A DNA stretch of 64,000 bases from Candidatus Lindowbacteria bacterium RIFCSPLOWO2_12_FULL_62_27 (lineage in GTDB: Bacteria; Lindowbacteria; 2-12-FULL-62-27), in the NCBI GenBank assembly GCA_001784175.1, contig MFPR01000043.1, positions 124,001 to 188,000 of the forward strand, in the 5' to 3' direction. The stretch's first letter is position 1. Each line of letters starts with the position of its first letter. Shown here in pieces: positions 51,059 through 59,975 of the stretch. The notes under the pieces are model-generated. The model was given only the letters and a program-made list of their open reading frames with translations, was not told the origin of the DNA and made no database searches. The translations under genes and the position numbers were made by a program.

Positions 51059-52480
51059 ATGAAGTTTCGTCTTTGGTTGGTTCCGCTCCTGGTCTTGAAT
51101 CTGATGGGCGCGGCCAGCGCTGAAAAAAAAGACCTCGATGACAATAATCTCGCCGCGTACCTCCAGCTCTTCAACCAGGTGCTCGAAAAAATACAGACCG
51201 GGTACTACGACACCGAAAAAATCAGGCCGGGGACCCTGATCCGCGCCGCCATCGACGGCATGCTCGACAGCCTCGACGACCAGTATACGCGGCTCATGGT
51301 GCCGGAAGACTACAAGGATATGCAGGTGAAAACGCAGGGCAAGTTCGGCGGGGTCGGGATGGTGATCGAAAAGGAGGATACGGCGATCCGCATCGTCTAT
51401 CCGATCGCCGGCACGCCCGCTTTTAACGCCGGCCTCCAGCCCGGCGACCTCATCATCGCCATCGAGGACCAGCTCACCGACACGATGGACGTCAGCGGCG
51501 CCGCGGACTTGCTTCGCGGCACGCCCGGAACCGAAGTCCGCGTGACGGCGATGCATGGGAAGAAAAAATTCGATCTGACGCTGAAGCGGGCGACGATCCC
51601 GATCGAAAGCGTCACCGCCGACGTCATTGACACCGCGCTGGGCATCCATTACCTCCGCGTCAAGGATTTCACCGAACACAGCGCCAGGGACGTGGAACAG
51701 GCCCTCAAGGATCTCGCGTCGCGCGGGCTCGCGGCGCTCATCCTCGACCTGAGAAACAATCCGGGCGGGCTGCTCGAATCGGCGTCGGATATTTCGGATC
51801 TCTTCGTCGACACCGGACTCCTCGTCTACACCAAGGGACGGCTCAACAGCCAGAACCGGACCTTCCCGGCCAGCGCGCGGAACGACTTCACGACCTTCCC
51901 GGTCGTCGTCGTCACCAACGGCCATACGGCCAGCGGCGCCGAAATTCTCGCCGGCGCCATCCGCGACAGCGGCCGTGGCGTCATCGTCGGCACCCGCACG
52001 TTCGGCAAGGGCGTCGTCCAGTCGGTCTATGACCATCTGATCCTCGACTATGCCGTGACCGTCACGACCGCCACCTATTACACGCCGAGCGGCGCGATGA
52101 TCCACAAGAAGGGCATCCCGCCCGACATCGAGGTCGAACAGCCGCCGATCCCGAAGGAGATTCAGGAGGCGCTCTACAAGATCCGCGGCGAGGACATCAT
52201 CCTGGAGTTCTCCAAGAACCGGGAGAGTTTCGCCGAGTCCGATGTCAAGGACATCGTCAAGACGATCCAGTCGAAAAAAATGGAGGTCCCGGAACCCTAC
52301 ATTCGATACCTGCTCAAGGAACAGTTCATGAGGAAAAAGGGCAAGAATGTCGTCTTCGATCTCGACACCGACATCCAGCTCCAGCGCGCCATGCAGATCG
52401 CCAGCACGTTCCTCCGGGTCTACAAGGGCTCCCGCGCGCAAAATCCCCTGTCGGCGCCGGTGGTCTCGCGGGAGAAATGA
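51059..52480 (+). CDS. S41 carboxy-terminal processing protease (CtpA family)
   Basis: PDZ domain, LDLRNNPGGLL, TASGAEI, TFGKGVVQ. Confidence 0.96.
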   Translation: MKFRLWLVPLLVLNLMGAASAEKKDLDDNNLAAYLQLFNQVLEKIQTGYYDTEKIRPGTLIRAAIDGMLDSLDDQYTRLMVPEDYKDMQVKTQGKFGGVGMVIEKEDTAIRIVYPIAGTPAFNAGLQPGDLIIAIEDQLTDTMDVSGAADLLRGTPGTEVRVTAMHGKKKFDLTLKRATIPIESVTADVIDTALGIHYLRVKDFTEHSARDVEQALKDLASRGLAALILDLRNNPGGLLESASDISDLFVDTGLLVYTKGRLNSQNRTFPASARNDFTTFPVVVVTNGHTASGAEILAGAIRDSGRGVIVGTRTFGKGVVQSVYDHLILDYAVTVTTATYYTPSGAMIHKKGIPPDIEVEQPPIPKEIQEALYKIRGEDIILEFSKNRESFAESDVKDIVKTIQSKKMEVPEPYIRYLLKEQFMRKKGKNVVFDLDTDIQLQRAMQIASTFLRVYKGSRAQNPLSAPVVSREK

Positions 52481-52493
52481 TTGTCAGGTATCC

Positions 52494-52520
52494 CCCTCTC
52501 CTGCCATAGGCGGGAGAGGG
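52494..52520. repeat. GC-rich hairpin (REP-like or terminator)
   Basis: CCCTCTCCTGCC-ATA-GGCGGGAGAGGG; no U-tract. Confidence 0.6.
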
Positions 52521-52536
52521 TGGCCCGGTTCATCGT

Positions 52537-53337
52537 ATGACCCGCGGCGCTGCGCTGGCTCTCTTGGGGGTCACCGTCGCGCTGGGCTATGTCTTTTTTT
52601 CTCTACCTACCGAATCTCCCCGCCCCGCGCCCGATCCGCCGCTCCCGACAACGGGGCCGACGCCGGCGGCCGTCCCCAGAATCGCCATCGTGGTGGACGA
52701 CTTCGGCGCAACCTGGCGTCTCGTCGACCGGTTTCTCGCGCTGCCGCCGGAAATCGGCATCGCGGTCATCCCGCATCTGCATGAGAGCGCGAGAGTCGCA
52801 AGGGAGGCCCGGGCCCGCGGATTTGACGTCCTCCTGCACCAGCCGATGGAACCGAAGGAGTTTCCGAAGGAGAATCCCGGCAAATACGGGATTTATCTCT
52901 GGCAGGGCCGCGAGGAGGTTGCGGCGATATTGAACGAAAACATCAAATCCCTCGGCGTCCCCATCGCCGGCGTCAACAACCACATGGGTTCCCGCGCCAC
53001 GTCCCACCGCCCCCTCATGGAGGCCTTCTTCGAGGCGTTCCCCCGCGGCCTCGTCTTCCTCGACAGCCGCACCTCGTCCGAATCGGTCGCCTATGACGTC
53101 GCGTGCGCACACGGCATCCCTGCGCTCAAAAATAATATTTTCCTCGACGCGTCGCCCGACCCCGCCGAAATCGAGCGGGCGTTCGATCAGTTGCTCCGCC
53201 AGGCCCAAAAACGCGGCGCCGCTGTCGCCATCGGCCACGTCCACTCCACCGCCACCCTGGAACTTCTCGAATCCCGACTCCCCCGCCTCGCCGCCGAAGG
53301 CGTCCGGCTGGTCCGCCTCAAGGACCTCATATCATGA
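52537..53337 (+). CDS. Divergent polysaccharide deacetylase (YibQ family)
   Basis: IAIVVDDFG, LHQPMEP, GVNNHMGS, FLDSRT, AIGH. Confidence 0.94.
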   Translation: MTRGAALALLGVTVALGYVFFSLPTESPRPAPDPPLPTTGPTPAAVPRIAIVVDDFGATWRLVDRFLALPPEIGIAVIPHLHESARVAREARARGFDVLLHQPMEPKEFPKENPGKYGIYLWQGREEVAAILNENIKSLGVPIAGVNNHMGSRATSHRPLMEAFFEAFPRGLVFLDSRTSSESVAYDVACAHGIPALKNNIFLDASPDPAEIERAFDQLLRQAQKRGAAVAIGHVHSTATLELLESRLPRLAAEGVRLVRLKDLIS

Positions 53338-53349
53338 TATCACTTTGAG

Positions 53350-54417
53350 GTGAGCGGTATGAATGTACTGGGGATCGAGACATCGTGCGATGAGACGTCG
53401 GCGGCGGTGTATGCGGCGCGGCCGGATGGGGCCGGTGATTTGAAGTCGAACGTCGTCGCGTCGCAGGTGGACCTGCACGCGCGGTTCGGCGGGGTCGTGC
53501 CGGAGCTGTCGGCGCGGGCGCATGTGGAGCGGTTGCCGGCGATCGTGGCGGAGGCGCTGAGTCGGGCGGGGTGCGCCTTTTGCGATGTCGATGCCGTTGC
53601 GGTCACGTCGAGACCCGGCCTCCTGTCGGCGCTCCTCGCCGGCGTGTCCTACGCGCGGGGACTTGCGATCGCGCTGGACCGGCCGGTGTATGCGGTCGAC
53701 CATGTGAAGGCGCATGTGGCGGCGGCGTTTTTGCCGGCATCGCCCGAGACCCCTGAGTTTCAGCCTCTCGCCCCCGGCGATCTTCCCGCGCTCGCAATGG
53801 TGGCGTCCGGCGGGCATACCGTTCTGCTGAAAATGAATGGCCCGACGGCCTTTGACGTCCTCGGGACCACACGGGACGACGCCGTGGGCGAGGCCTTTGA
53901 CAAAGTCGGCCATCTTCTCGGTCTCCCATTTCCCGGCGGGCCAGAGATCGAGCGTGCGGCGGCCGGTGGAGATCCAGACGCGTTTTCTTTTCCAATCGGC
54001 GTCATTCGCGGCCATCCGCTCGATTTTTCGTTCAGCGGGTTGAAGACGGCCGTACTCTACGCGATGGCGAAACTTCCTGCGCGCGCCCGCCGCCGCCGTG
54101 TCGCGGACCTGGCCGCCTCCTTTCAGAAGGCCGCGATCGCCGCGCTGGTCCGCCGGGCGGTGGCTGCCGGCAGAGAGACGCAGATCCGCGCGTTCGTTCT
54201 GTGCGGCGGCGTGGCCGCCAACCACGCACTGCGCGCCGCCATGTCCGCGGCGCTCGCCACCGAAGGCGCCCGTCTCACCGTGCCGCCGGTCCGGTATTGC
54301 GGCGACACCGCCGCGCAAGTCGCGCGCTTCGCGGCCTTCCAGATCGCCGAAGGCGCTCCGCCCGCCGATCCCGGCCTTGACGCCTGCGCCACTTCGGAAC
54401 TGTTTGCCCTGCAGTGA
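53350..54417 (+). CDS. tsaD: tRNA t6A threonylcarbamoyltransferase TsaD
   Basis: LGIETSCDETS, GGVVPELSARAH, SGGHT, DDAVGEAFDKV, FSFSGLKT. Confidence 0.96.
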   Translation: MSGMNVLGIETSCDETSAAVYAARPDGAGDLKSNVVASQVDLHARFGGVVPELSARAHVERLPAIVAEALSRAGCAFCDVDAVAVTSRPGLLSALLAGVSYARGLAIALDRPVYAVDHVKAHVAAAFLPASPETPEFQPLAPGDLPALAMVASGGHTVLLKMNGPTAFDVLGTTRDDAVGEAFDKVGHLLGLPFPGGPEIERAAAGGDPDAFSFPIGVIRGHPLDFSFSGLKTAVLYAMAKLPARARRRRVADLAASFQKAAIAALVRRAVAAGRETQIRAFVLCGGVAANHALRAAMSAALATEGARLTVPPVRYCGDTAAQVARFAAFQIAEGAPPADPGLDACATSELFALQ

Positions 54418-56081
54418 CGAAGATCGAGTCCTGCGCGGTTTTTTATGTTTCGATCCTGCTCCTCTTATTCCTCTGGTGGCCTCCGGAGGTTTACACCGGC
54501 CTGAAATGGGCGGCCAACGCCTTCCTGTTTCTGTTCCTGCTGATGGCCGCATTGGGTTCGGATGGAAGTTCGGCCTCGAGTGCGCGCAGCGCGCTCAAAC
54601 CCGTCCTGGCCGGCTCGTTTTTTTTCATCTTCCTCGTTGTTTCAACGGCCGCCGGCGTCGACGCCTACCGGAGCGCCGAAACACTTCTCGGGTATTCCGC
54701 CGTATTCGCCTTTGCGTTCGGCCTCCGTCTCGTGCGCGGGCAGACGTTAGCCGGCCGGCTGGAAACAATCTTTTTGTGCGTGGCGGCCGCGCTCGGACTC
54801 TACGGCCTCTACCAGTACGTGTACCTCCTGCCGGAACTGGTGGCCAGTCCCGAGGCGTGGTCCGGCCTTTCGAAGGATGAGCTTTTTCCGGTCCTGACGC
54901 GGATGGCGGGCGGCCGGGTTTTTTCCCGGTTTGCGCTTCCCTCGACGTTTTCCTGCGTGCTCCTCGCCGCGGTTCCTTTCCTGGACCATCGGATCCGCCA
55001 TTCGGAGACCCTCTGGCCCTGGTCGTTGTTGCTTCTCTTGACCACCCTCAATCTGATCCTGGCGCGGTCCTTCGCCGCCGTGTTGTTGTTCTGCCTGTAC
55101 TGGTGGGCCGATGCCTGGATTCGCCATCCGGCGGCGCGATGGAAGGTTTCAGCGCCGGCGGCGGCCGCGTGCGTCCTGGCGATTTTCCTGTTGAGGCCCG
55201 AATCCCTTCTCGACGTTTCGGCCCCGGCCAATCCCATTGTCCTCCGCTGGGCGAACTGGAAAGTGGCTGTCCATGAATGGATGTCGGCGCCGTGGTTCGG
55301 CGTGGGCCCGGGCAATTTCTCGCTGTTGTTTCCGGCCTACACGTCCGGCCTGACCGAAACGCGATACGCCCATGGATTTCACATGACGATCCTCGCGGAA
55401 ACCGGACTCGCCGGCCTGGCAACCGCCGTTGCGCTCCTGGCGTATCTGGCGGGCTGGATCCGGCGTGCTGGCCCGTCCACGCCGGCGTTGGCGAGCCTGG
55501 CCCTGGTTCTGGCATACTCGCTGGTCGACATTGTTTTTGAATTGCCGTCGCTCTCGTTTCTCTTCTTCCTCCTTCTCGGCCTCACGATCCCGGCGCCTGT
55601 CGAACCCGGCCGCTCCGTTCGACGGGCAATGGCGGCCTTCGCCGCCGCCGGCGTCGCGTTCTCGCTTGTCCTTTACTTCGCGGATGGCTACTATGAACAA
55701 GGCATGAACGCGCTCACGTCGACTCGATCCTCCCGGCAGACGTATCAGGCGGCCGGCCGGCATTTTGAACGGGCCGGCCGGCTGTGGCCCGCCGCGCGCG
55801 TCGATGCGGCGCGCGGTCAAGGCGAGCTGGCGCTCGCCCGCGTTGAACATAACCTCCACCGGTTGAACGCCGCCCTTCACCACCTGACGAATGCCGTCGC
55901 GAAAAGCCCGGCCACCGTGAATTACCGGGTGGCGCTGGCCGAAACGCTCCTCGAGATGGGCGACCCCGCGCGGGCGCTCATCCATTTCAAAGAGGCGGCC
56001 CGGCTCGACCCGCGCGGCCCCCATGCCGGGCGGTACACAAAGATTCTCCTCGACCAGATGCCCGCCCCTCCTGTCCCGTGA
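54414..56081 (+). CDS. O-antigen ligase-like (Wzy_C) membrane protein with C-terminal TPR
   Basis: Many TMs, R...W...PWFGVGPGNF, YAHGFHMTILAETG; TPR tail. Confidence 0.85.
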   Translation: MTKIESCAVFYVSILLLLFLWWPPEVYTGLKWAANAFLFLFLLMAALGSDGSSASSARSALKPVLAGSFFFIFLVVSTAAGVDAYRSAETLLGYSAVFAFAFGLRLVRGQTLAGRLETIFLCVAAALGLYGLYQYVYLLPELVASPEAWSGLSKDELFPVLTRMAGGRVFSRFALPSTFSCVLLAAVPFLDHRIRHSETLWPWSLLLLLTTLNLILARSFAAVLLFCLYWWADAWIRHPAARWKVSAPAAAACVLAIFLLRPESLLDVSAPANPIVLRWANWKVAVHEWMSAPWFGVGPGNFSLLFPAYTSGLTETRYAHGFHMTILAETGLAGLATAVALLAYLAGWIRRAGPSTPALASLALVLAYSLVDIVFELPSLSFLFFLLLGLTIPAPVEPGRSVRRAMAAFAAAGVAFSLVLYFADGYYEQGMNALTSTRSSRQTYQAAGRHFERAGRLWPAARVDAARGQGELALARVEHNLHRLNAALHHLTNAVAKSPATVNYRVALAETLLEMGDPARALIHFKEAARLDPRGPHAGRYTKILLDQMPAPPVP

Positions 56082-57601
56082 TCCTCGAACAGCTTCTGAA
56101 ACTGTTGACCGATTCATCGAGCGACCCGGAGGGACAACTGCGGATCCTGGCCCGGCACACCCAGGAGTCGCTCGATGCATCTTTCGTCGAACTTCGAATG
56201 GACGGAATGCCCGTCATCCGCCTGGGCGACGGCGCCGCCGACGCCCGGCGATATCCCATCAGCTCGGGCAACCGGACCGTCGGCGAACTGACGCTCGCGC
56301 CGGTCCCGGAGGACGACCCGGACCAGTTGGCCGCGATCGTGCGGTGCGCGGAAGTCATCTATCGGCTGCGGGCCGGCTACGTCGACACGCTGACCGGTCT
56401 CTACAACCGCCGCCGCCTCGACATGGAGATGGAGGCGCTTGCGCTGTCGGACGAGCCGGTGACGATCGCCATGCTCGACATTGATCACTTCAAGCACGTC
56501 AACGACACGCATGGCCATCCGGCCGGCGACGCCGTCCTGAAACAATTTTCGGCCCGGCTGGCTGCGTGCCTCCCGGCGGGCGGGTTTCTGGCGCGGTACG
56601 GCGGCGAAGAGTTCTGCGTGATTCTCCGGGAGGTGGACGAGCCGGCCGGCGTGGAGACCGTCGAGCGGATGCGCCATGCGGTTTCCTTGGAGCCGGTGCG
56701 CGCGGAAAAACGCGAGATTCAAATCACCTCCAGCGCCGGCGTCGCCTTCGGGTCCGCCCGGCAGGCACGCGAACTCTTGGGCATGGCCGACCAGGCGCTC
56801 TACGCGGCGAAGACCGGCGGCCGCAATCAGTCGGTCCGGTCCGCGGACCTGTCGCGGCGCCGCGCGACGCAGCTTTTTCGGAAACGATTCCGCCGCCTCC
56901 TCGACCGGCCCCTCCTTGATCTTGCGTGGTTCGGCCAGCGGGTGATCGGCCTGGACCGGAACACGGACCGGCTCTCGTGCGTGGACTACTTCGGCGGTGT
57001 CGTCCCCGTCAGCCGTCCGTTTCGCGGCGCGCTTTCGTTCGCGCGGCTCGGCAAAAAAACGTTCTGGGTTCCCGCCGATGAACGTGGCGTGCGGGTCGCG
57101 GAAGGCGGCGCCGTCCTCCGGGGCGCGCTGGATCTTTCTGAACTTCGGCGTGTCTATATCGACCAGCGCGCCTCCCGGCTGTATCTGATCGATCGCGCGG
57201 GCCGGACGCTGTATGCGTCCGACCCGCAACTTCGGCGGACGCGCACGATCGTTTTTCCGGACGAGGCCGCATCCAAAACACGGAGCCTCACCGCCGTCCT
57301 GGCGGCGGGACGCGGCCTGCTGGTGCTGGACGCGCTGACCCGCCGGATTTTCGTGTTCGACCGCCAGTCTCTGTCGTACCGAAAATCCTGGACATTGCCG
57401 GCCGCGGGCTATGAGATCTGTCTGTGTTATCTCACGACGCTGAAACTTCTCCTGGTTTCCGGCGCCGACGGCGCGCGGCTCTTTTCTCCCGACGGCTCGC
57501 TCGTGGAGGAAACCGACTTGCCGGTCATCTCGGCCTACGACCATCCGCTGGTCGGCCTCGTCCTCTCGACACCGGACGAAACAGTGCTGGTCCGATCATG
57601 A
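56078..57601 (+). CDS. Diguanylate cyclase with C-terminal beta-propeller-like domain
   Basis: DTLTGLYNRR, DIDHFKHVNDTHGH, RYGGEEF; C-half with repeated beta-strand units (RLYLIDRAG, LLVLDALTRRIFVFD, LFSPDG). Confidence 0.85.
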   Translation: MILEQLLKLLTDSSSDPEGQLRILARHTQESLDASFVELRMDGMPVIRLGDGAADARRYPISSGNRTVGELTLAPVPEDDPDQLAAIVRCAEVIYRLRAGYVDTLTGLYNRRRLDMEMEALALSDEPVTIAMLDIDHFKHVNDTHGHPAGDAVLKQFSARLAACLPAGGFLARYGGEEFCVILREVDEPAGVETVERMRHAVSLEPVRAEKREIQITSSAGVAFGSARQARELLGMADQALYAAKTGGRNQSVRSADLSRRRATQLFRKRFRRLLDRPLLDLAWFGQRVIGLDRNTDRLSCVDYFGGVVPVSRPFRGALSFARLGKKTFWVPADERGVRVAEGGAVLRGALDLSELRRVYIDQRASRLYLIDRAGRTLYASDPQLRRTRTIVFPDEAASKTRSLTAVLAAGRGLLVLDALTRRIFVFDRQSLSYRKSWTLPAAGYEICLCYLTTLKLLLVSGADGARLFSPDGSLVEETDLPVISAYDHPLVGLVLSTPDETVLVRS

Positions 57602-58719
57602 ACCGCCTCTTGCTGATTGCCTTTTTCCTGTTGCCCATGACCGCCGGCGAATGTCTCGGCTGGGGACTGACCGGCCACAAATTGGTGACCGACCGCGCGG
57701 TTCGCCTGTTGCCGACCGAACTTCAGGATTTCTACTGGGCCAACCGCCACGTTCTCGCGGACCTGTGCGTTCATCCGGACCTGCGCAAGGACTGGGACCG
57801 CGCGGAAGGGCCAAAACACTACATCGATCTCGAAGGCTATCCGGACGATCTGCCGCAGCGGCGTGAGGACGCCATCCGCCGGTTCGGGATGGACAAACTG
57901 ACGGACAGCGGCTGGGTCCCGTGGAACACGCAGGAGGTGTACCAAAACCTCGTGAGCGCGATGCGCCGGAAAGACTATCCGGACATCCTGCGCCTCTCCG
58001 GCGACCTGTCCCACTACGTCGCCGATCTGCACGTGCCGCTGCACACGACCGTCAATTACGACGGCCAGCTCACAACGGACACCGGCGTTCACGCGCGGTT
58101 CGAGTCGCGCCTCGTCGACCTCTTTCCGGACGCGCTGCCGTTCGAGCCGAAACCCGCCGCGCGCATCCAGGACGTTCCGACCCGCCTCTGGGCGATTCTC
58201 CTCGCGTCAACGACGGCGGTCGATGACGTCTTTGAATCGGACCGCCGCAGCACCGGCGCCGACCCAGCCGATGGCTATAGCATCGCCAAAGCGCGCCAAA
58301 ACTTCGGGCCCCTCGCGGCGCGCCGCCTCAACGACGCGGCCCACGAAGTCGCCTCGTTCTGGTACACCGCATGGGTCGAAGCCGGCCGGCCCAAATTGCC
58401 ATGGGCGGATTTTTCGGCGCTCGTGAAACCCAAAACATATCCCTACGGCGAACTCCTCTTTTACGCCGGCCGATACACGCAGGAGATTCCGCCGGACTGG
58501 CCGCTGATCGTCCGGGACGCATTCCGCCGGATCGAGGATTATCTGCGACTCGCCACGCCCGTCCGCGTCGCCAAAGTCCACTGGTCCCAGACCGCCCGCG
58601 ACCCGGCCCTCCGGGTCACGGCGCTGGAAACAACGGCGCCCGTGGACGAAAAGGCCTGCGTCCAGGCGCTCCGAAGGCTCCTCGTGGAAGTGAAGGTCAA
58701 GTTCTCAGCGGAGGAATAA
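57598..58719 (+). CDS. Secreted S1/P1 nuclease / Zn-dependent phospholipase C family protein
   Basis: Signal peptide then WGLTGH, HYIDLE, HYVADLHVPLH, GVHARFE. Confidence 0.88.
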   Translation: MNRLLLIAFFLLPMTAGECLGWGLTGHKLVTDRAVRLLPTELQDFYWANRHVLADLCVHPDLRKDWDRAEGPKHYIDLEGYPDDLPQRREDAIRRFGMDKLTDSGWVPWNTQEVYQNLVSAMRRKDYPDILRLSGDLSHYVADLHVPLHTTVNYDGQLTTDTGVHARFESRLVDLFPDALPFEPKPAARIQDVPTRLWAILLASTTAVDDVFESDRRSTGADPADGYSIAKARQNFGPLAARRLNDAAHEVASFWYTAWVEAGRPKLPWADFSALVKPKTYPYGELLFYAGRYTQEIPPDWPLIVRDAFRRIEDYLRLATPVRVAKVHWSQTARDPALRVTALETTAPVDEKACVQALRRLLVEVKVKFSAEE

Positions 58720-58725
58720 CAAGGC

Positions 58726-59811
58726 TCATAACAATTTTCTCTCTCTCATCTCCCGGATCAGTTTCCGGTTCGCTTCCGGGAACGCGTACCGGGCGAGGTC
58801 GCAGGGCCGGACCCACCGGAGCTTTGCGTGGAAGAGGGGCTTGGGGGTTCCGCGTTTCAAGCGGCAGAAGTGGCCGGACAAGGTGATCGATAAATGGGTA
58901 TAGACATGGTCGACGGTCGACACCGCCGGCCCGGCTTCCACGTCAGCGCCGATCTCTTCCTGCATCTCCCTCCGAACCGCCGTTTCCGGAGATTCGCCCG
59001 GCTCGATCTTTCCCCCTGGAAATTCCCACAGCCCGCCCAGCAACCCCTGGTCCCAGGGACGCAGGCCGATCAGAATTTTTCCGTTCTTTCGAATCACCGC
59101 CGCCACCACACGCTTGTGTGGCCGCGCGCGGCGCGCCTGCGTGACCGGCCGGCGGCCTACCGTGCCGCCGGCGAACGCTGCGCAGTGCGGGCGAACCGGG
59201 CAGAGGAGGCAGGCGGGATTTGTGGGCACGCAAATCCGCGCGCCGAGTTCCATCATTGCTTGGTTGAAATCGCCTGCGTGCCGATCTTCCAGCAGGCGAT
59301 CGGCCCGTTCCCGGACCTCCCGGTCGTCTGACGCAAGGGGCCGACCGATGTCATACAGCCTCGCGATCACGCGCCTGACGTTCCCGTCCACCGCCGCCAG
59401 CGGCGCGCCGTAAGCGATCGACAGAACGGCGGCCGTCGTGTAGGGGCCGGCGCCGGGCAGGTTCGAGAAAACCTCCGGGTCTCGCGGGACCCGCCCGCCG
59501 CAATCGCGGACAATGCGCCGGGCCGCCTCATGAAGATTCCGCGCACGTGCGTAGTAGCCCAGGCCTTCCCACAGTTTCATCAGTTTCTCCCGCCGCGCCC
59601 GTGCCAGCGCCTGTACGGTCGGAAACGCCTTGAGAAACCGCTCGTAGTACGGAACCACCGTCACCGCCTGGGTCTGCTGGAGCATGATCTCCGAAACGAG
59701 GATCCGGTACGGATCGCGCGTCCGGCGCCACGGCAGGTCCCGGCGATGCCGCCGGTACCAGCCAAGGAGCGCGCGGCGGAACGCGGGGATTCGAAGCATG
59801 GGGCCGAGCAT
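58726..59811 (-). CDS. mutY: A/G-specific adenine glycosylase with MutT-like Nudix domain
   Basis: RDLPWR, SEIMLQQT, GLGYYARA, VDGNVRRV, Fe-S Cys cluster; start could be 59799, 59811 or 59819. Confidence 0.96.
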   Translation of the reverse strand: MLGPMLRIPAFRRALLGWYRRHRRDLPWRRTRDPYRILVSEIMLQQTQAVTVVPYYERFLKAFPTVQALARARREKLMKLWEGLGYYARARNLHEAARRIVRDCGGRVPRDPEVFSNLPGAGPYTTAAVLSIAYGAPLAAVDGNVRRVIARLYDIGRPLASDDREVRERADRLLEDRHAGDFNQAMMELGARICVPTNPACLLCPVRPHCAAFAGGTVGRRPVTQARRARPHKRVVAAVIRKNGKILIGLRPWDQGLLGGLWEFPGGKIEPGESPETAVRREMQEEIGADVEAGPAVSTVDHVYTHLSITLSGHFCRLKRGTPKPLFHAKLRWVRPCDLARYAFPEANRKLIREMRERKLL

Positions 59812-59848
59812 GGGGCCATGTATATATAATATGGAGAGGCGGTCAAGC

Positions 59849-59911
59849 TCCGCCTTCGCCTTAGACGGAGCCCACCGGCGCGCTGAAGGCGCGGTGTCCG
59901 GCGAAGGAGGA
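59849..59911. repeat. Palindromic intergenic element
   Basis: TCCGCCTTCGCC...GGCGAAGGAGGA arms (11/12) enclosing a CACCG-GCGC/GCGC-GGTG hairpin. Confidence 0.55.
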
Positions 59912-59975
59912 TGTGACCAGAATCACAATCTTATTCATTGACATTCCAGCAGAAATGACAGAAAATTTGCGCAAT

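Noticed and set aside
54300-54325. TsaD DNAAM motif reads DTAAQ, possible inactivation
   Set aside because: Metal-binding HxxxH and Asp are retained; not enough to claim altered function.
59873-59896. c-di-AMP (ydaO) riboswitch suggested by CGCTGAA
   Set aside because: Other conserved ydaO elements are not seen; better explained as a palindromic repeat.
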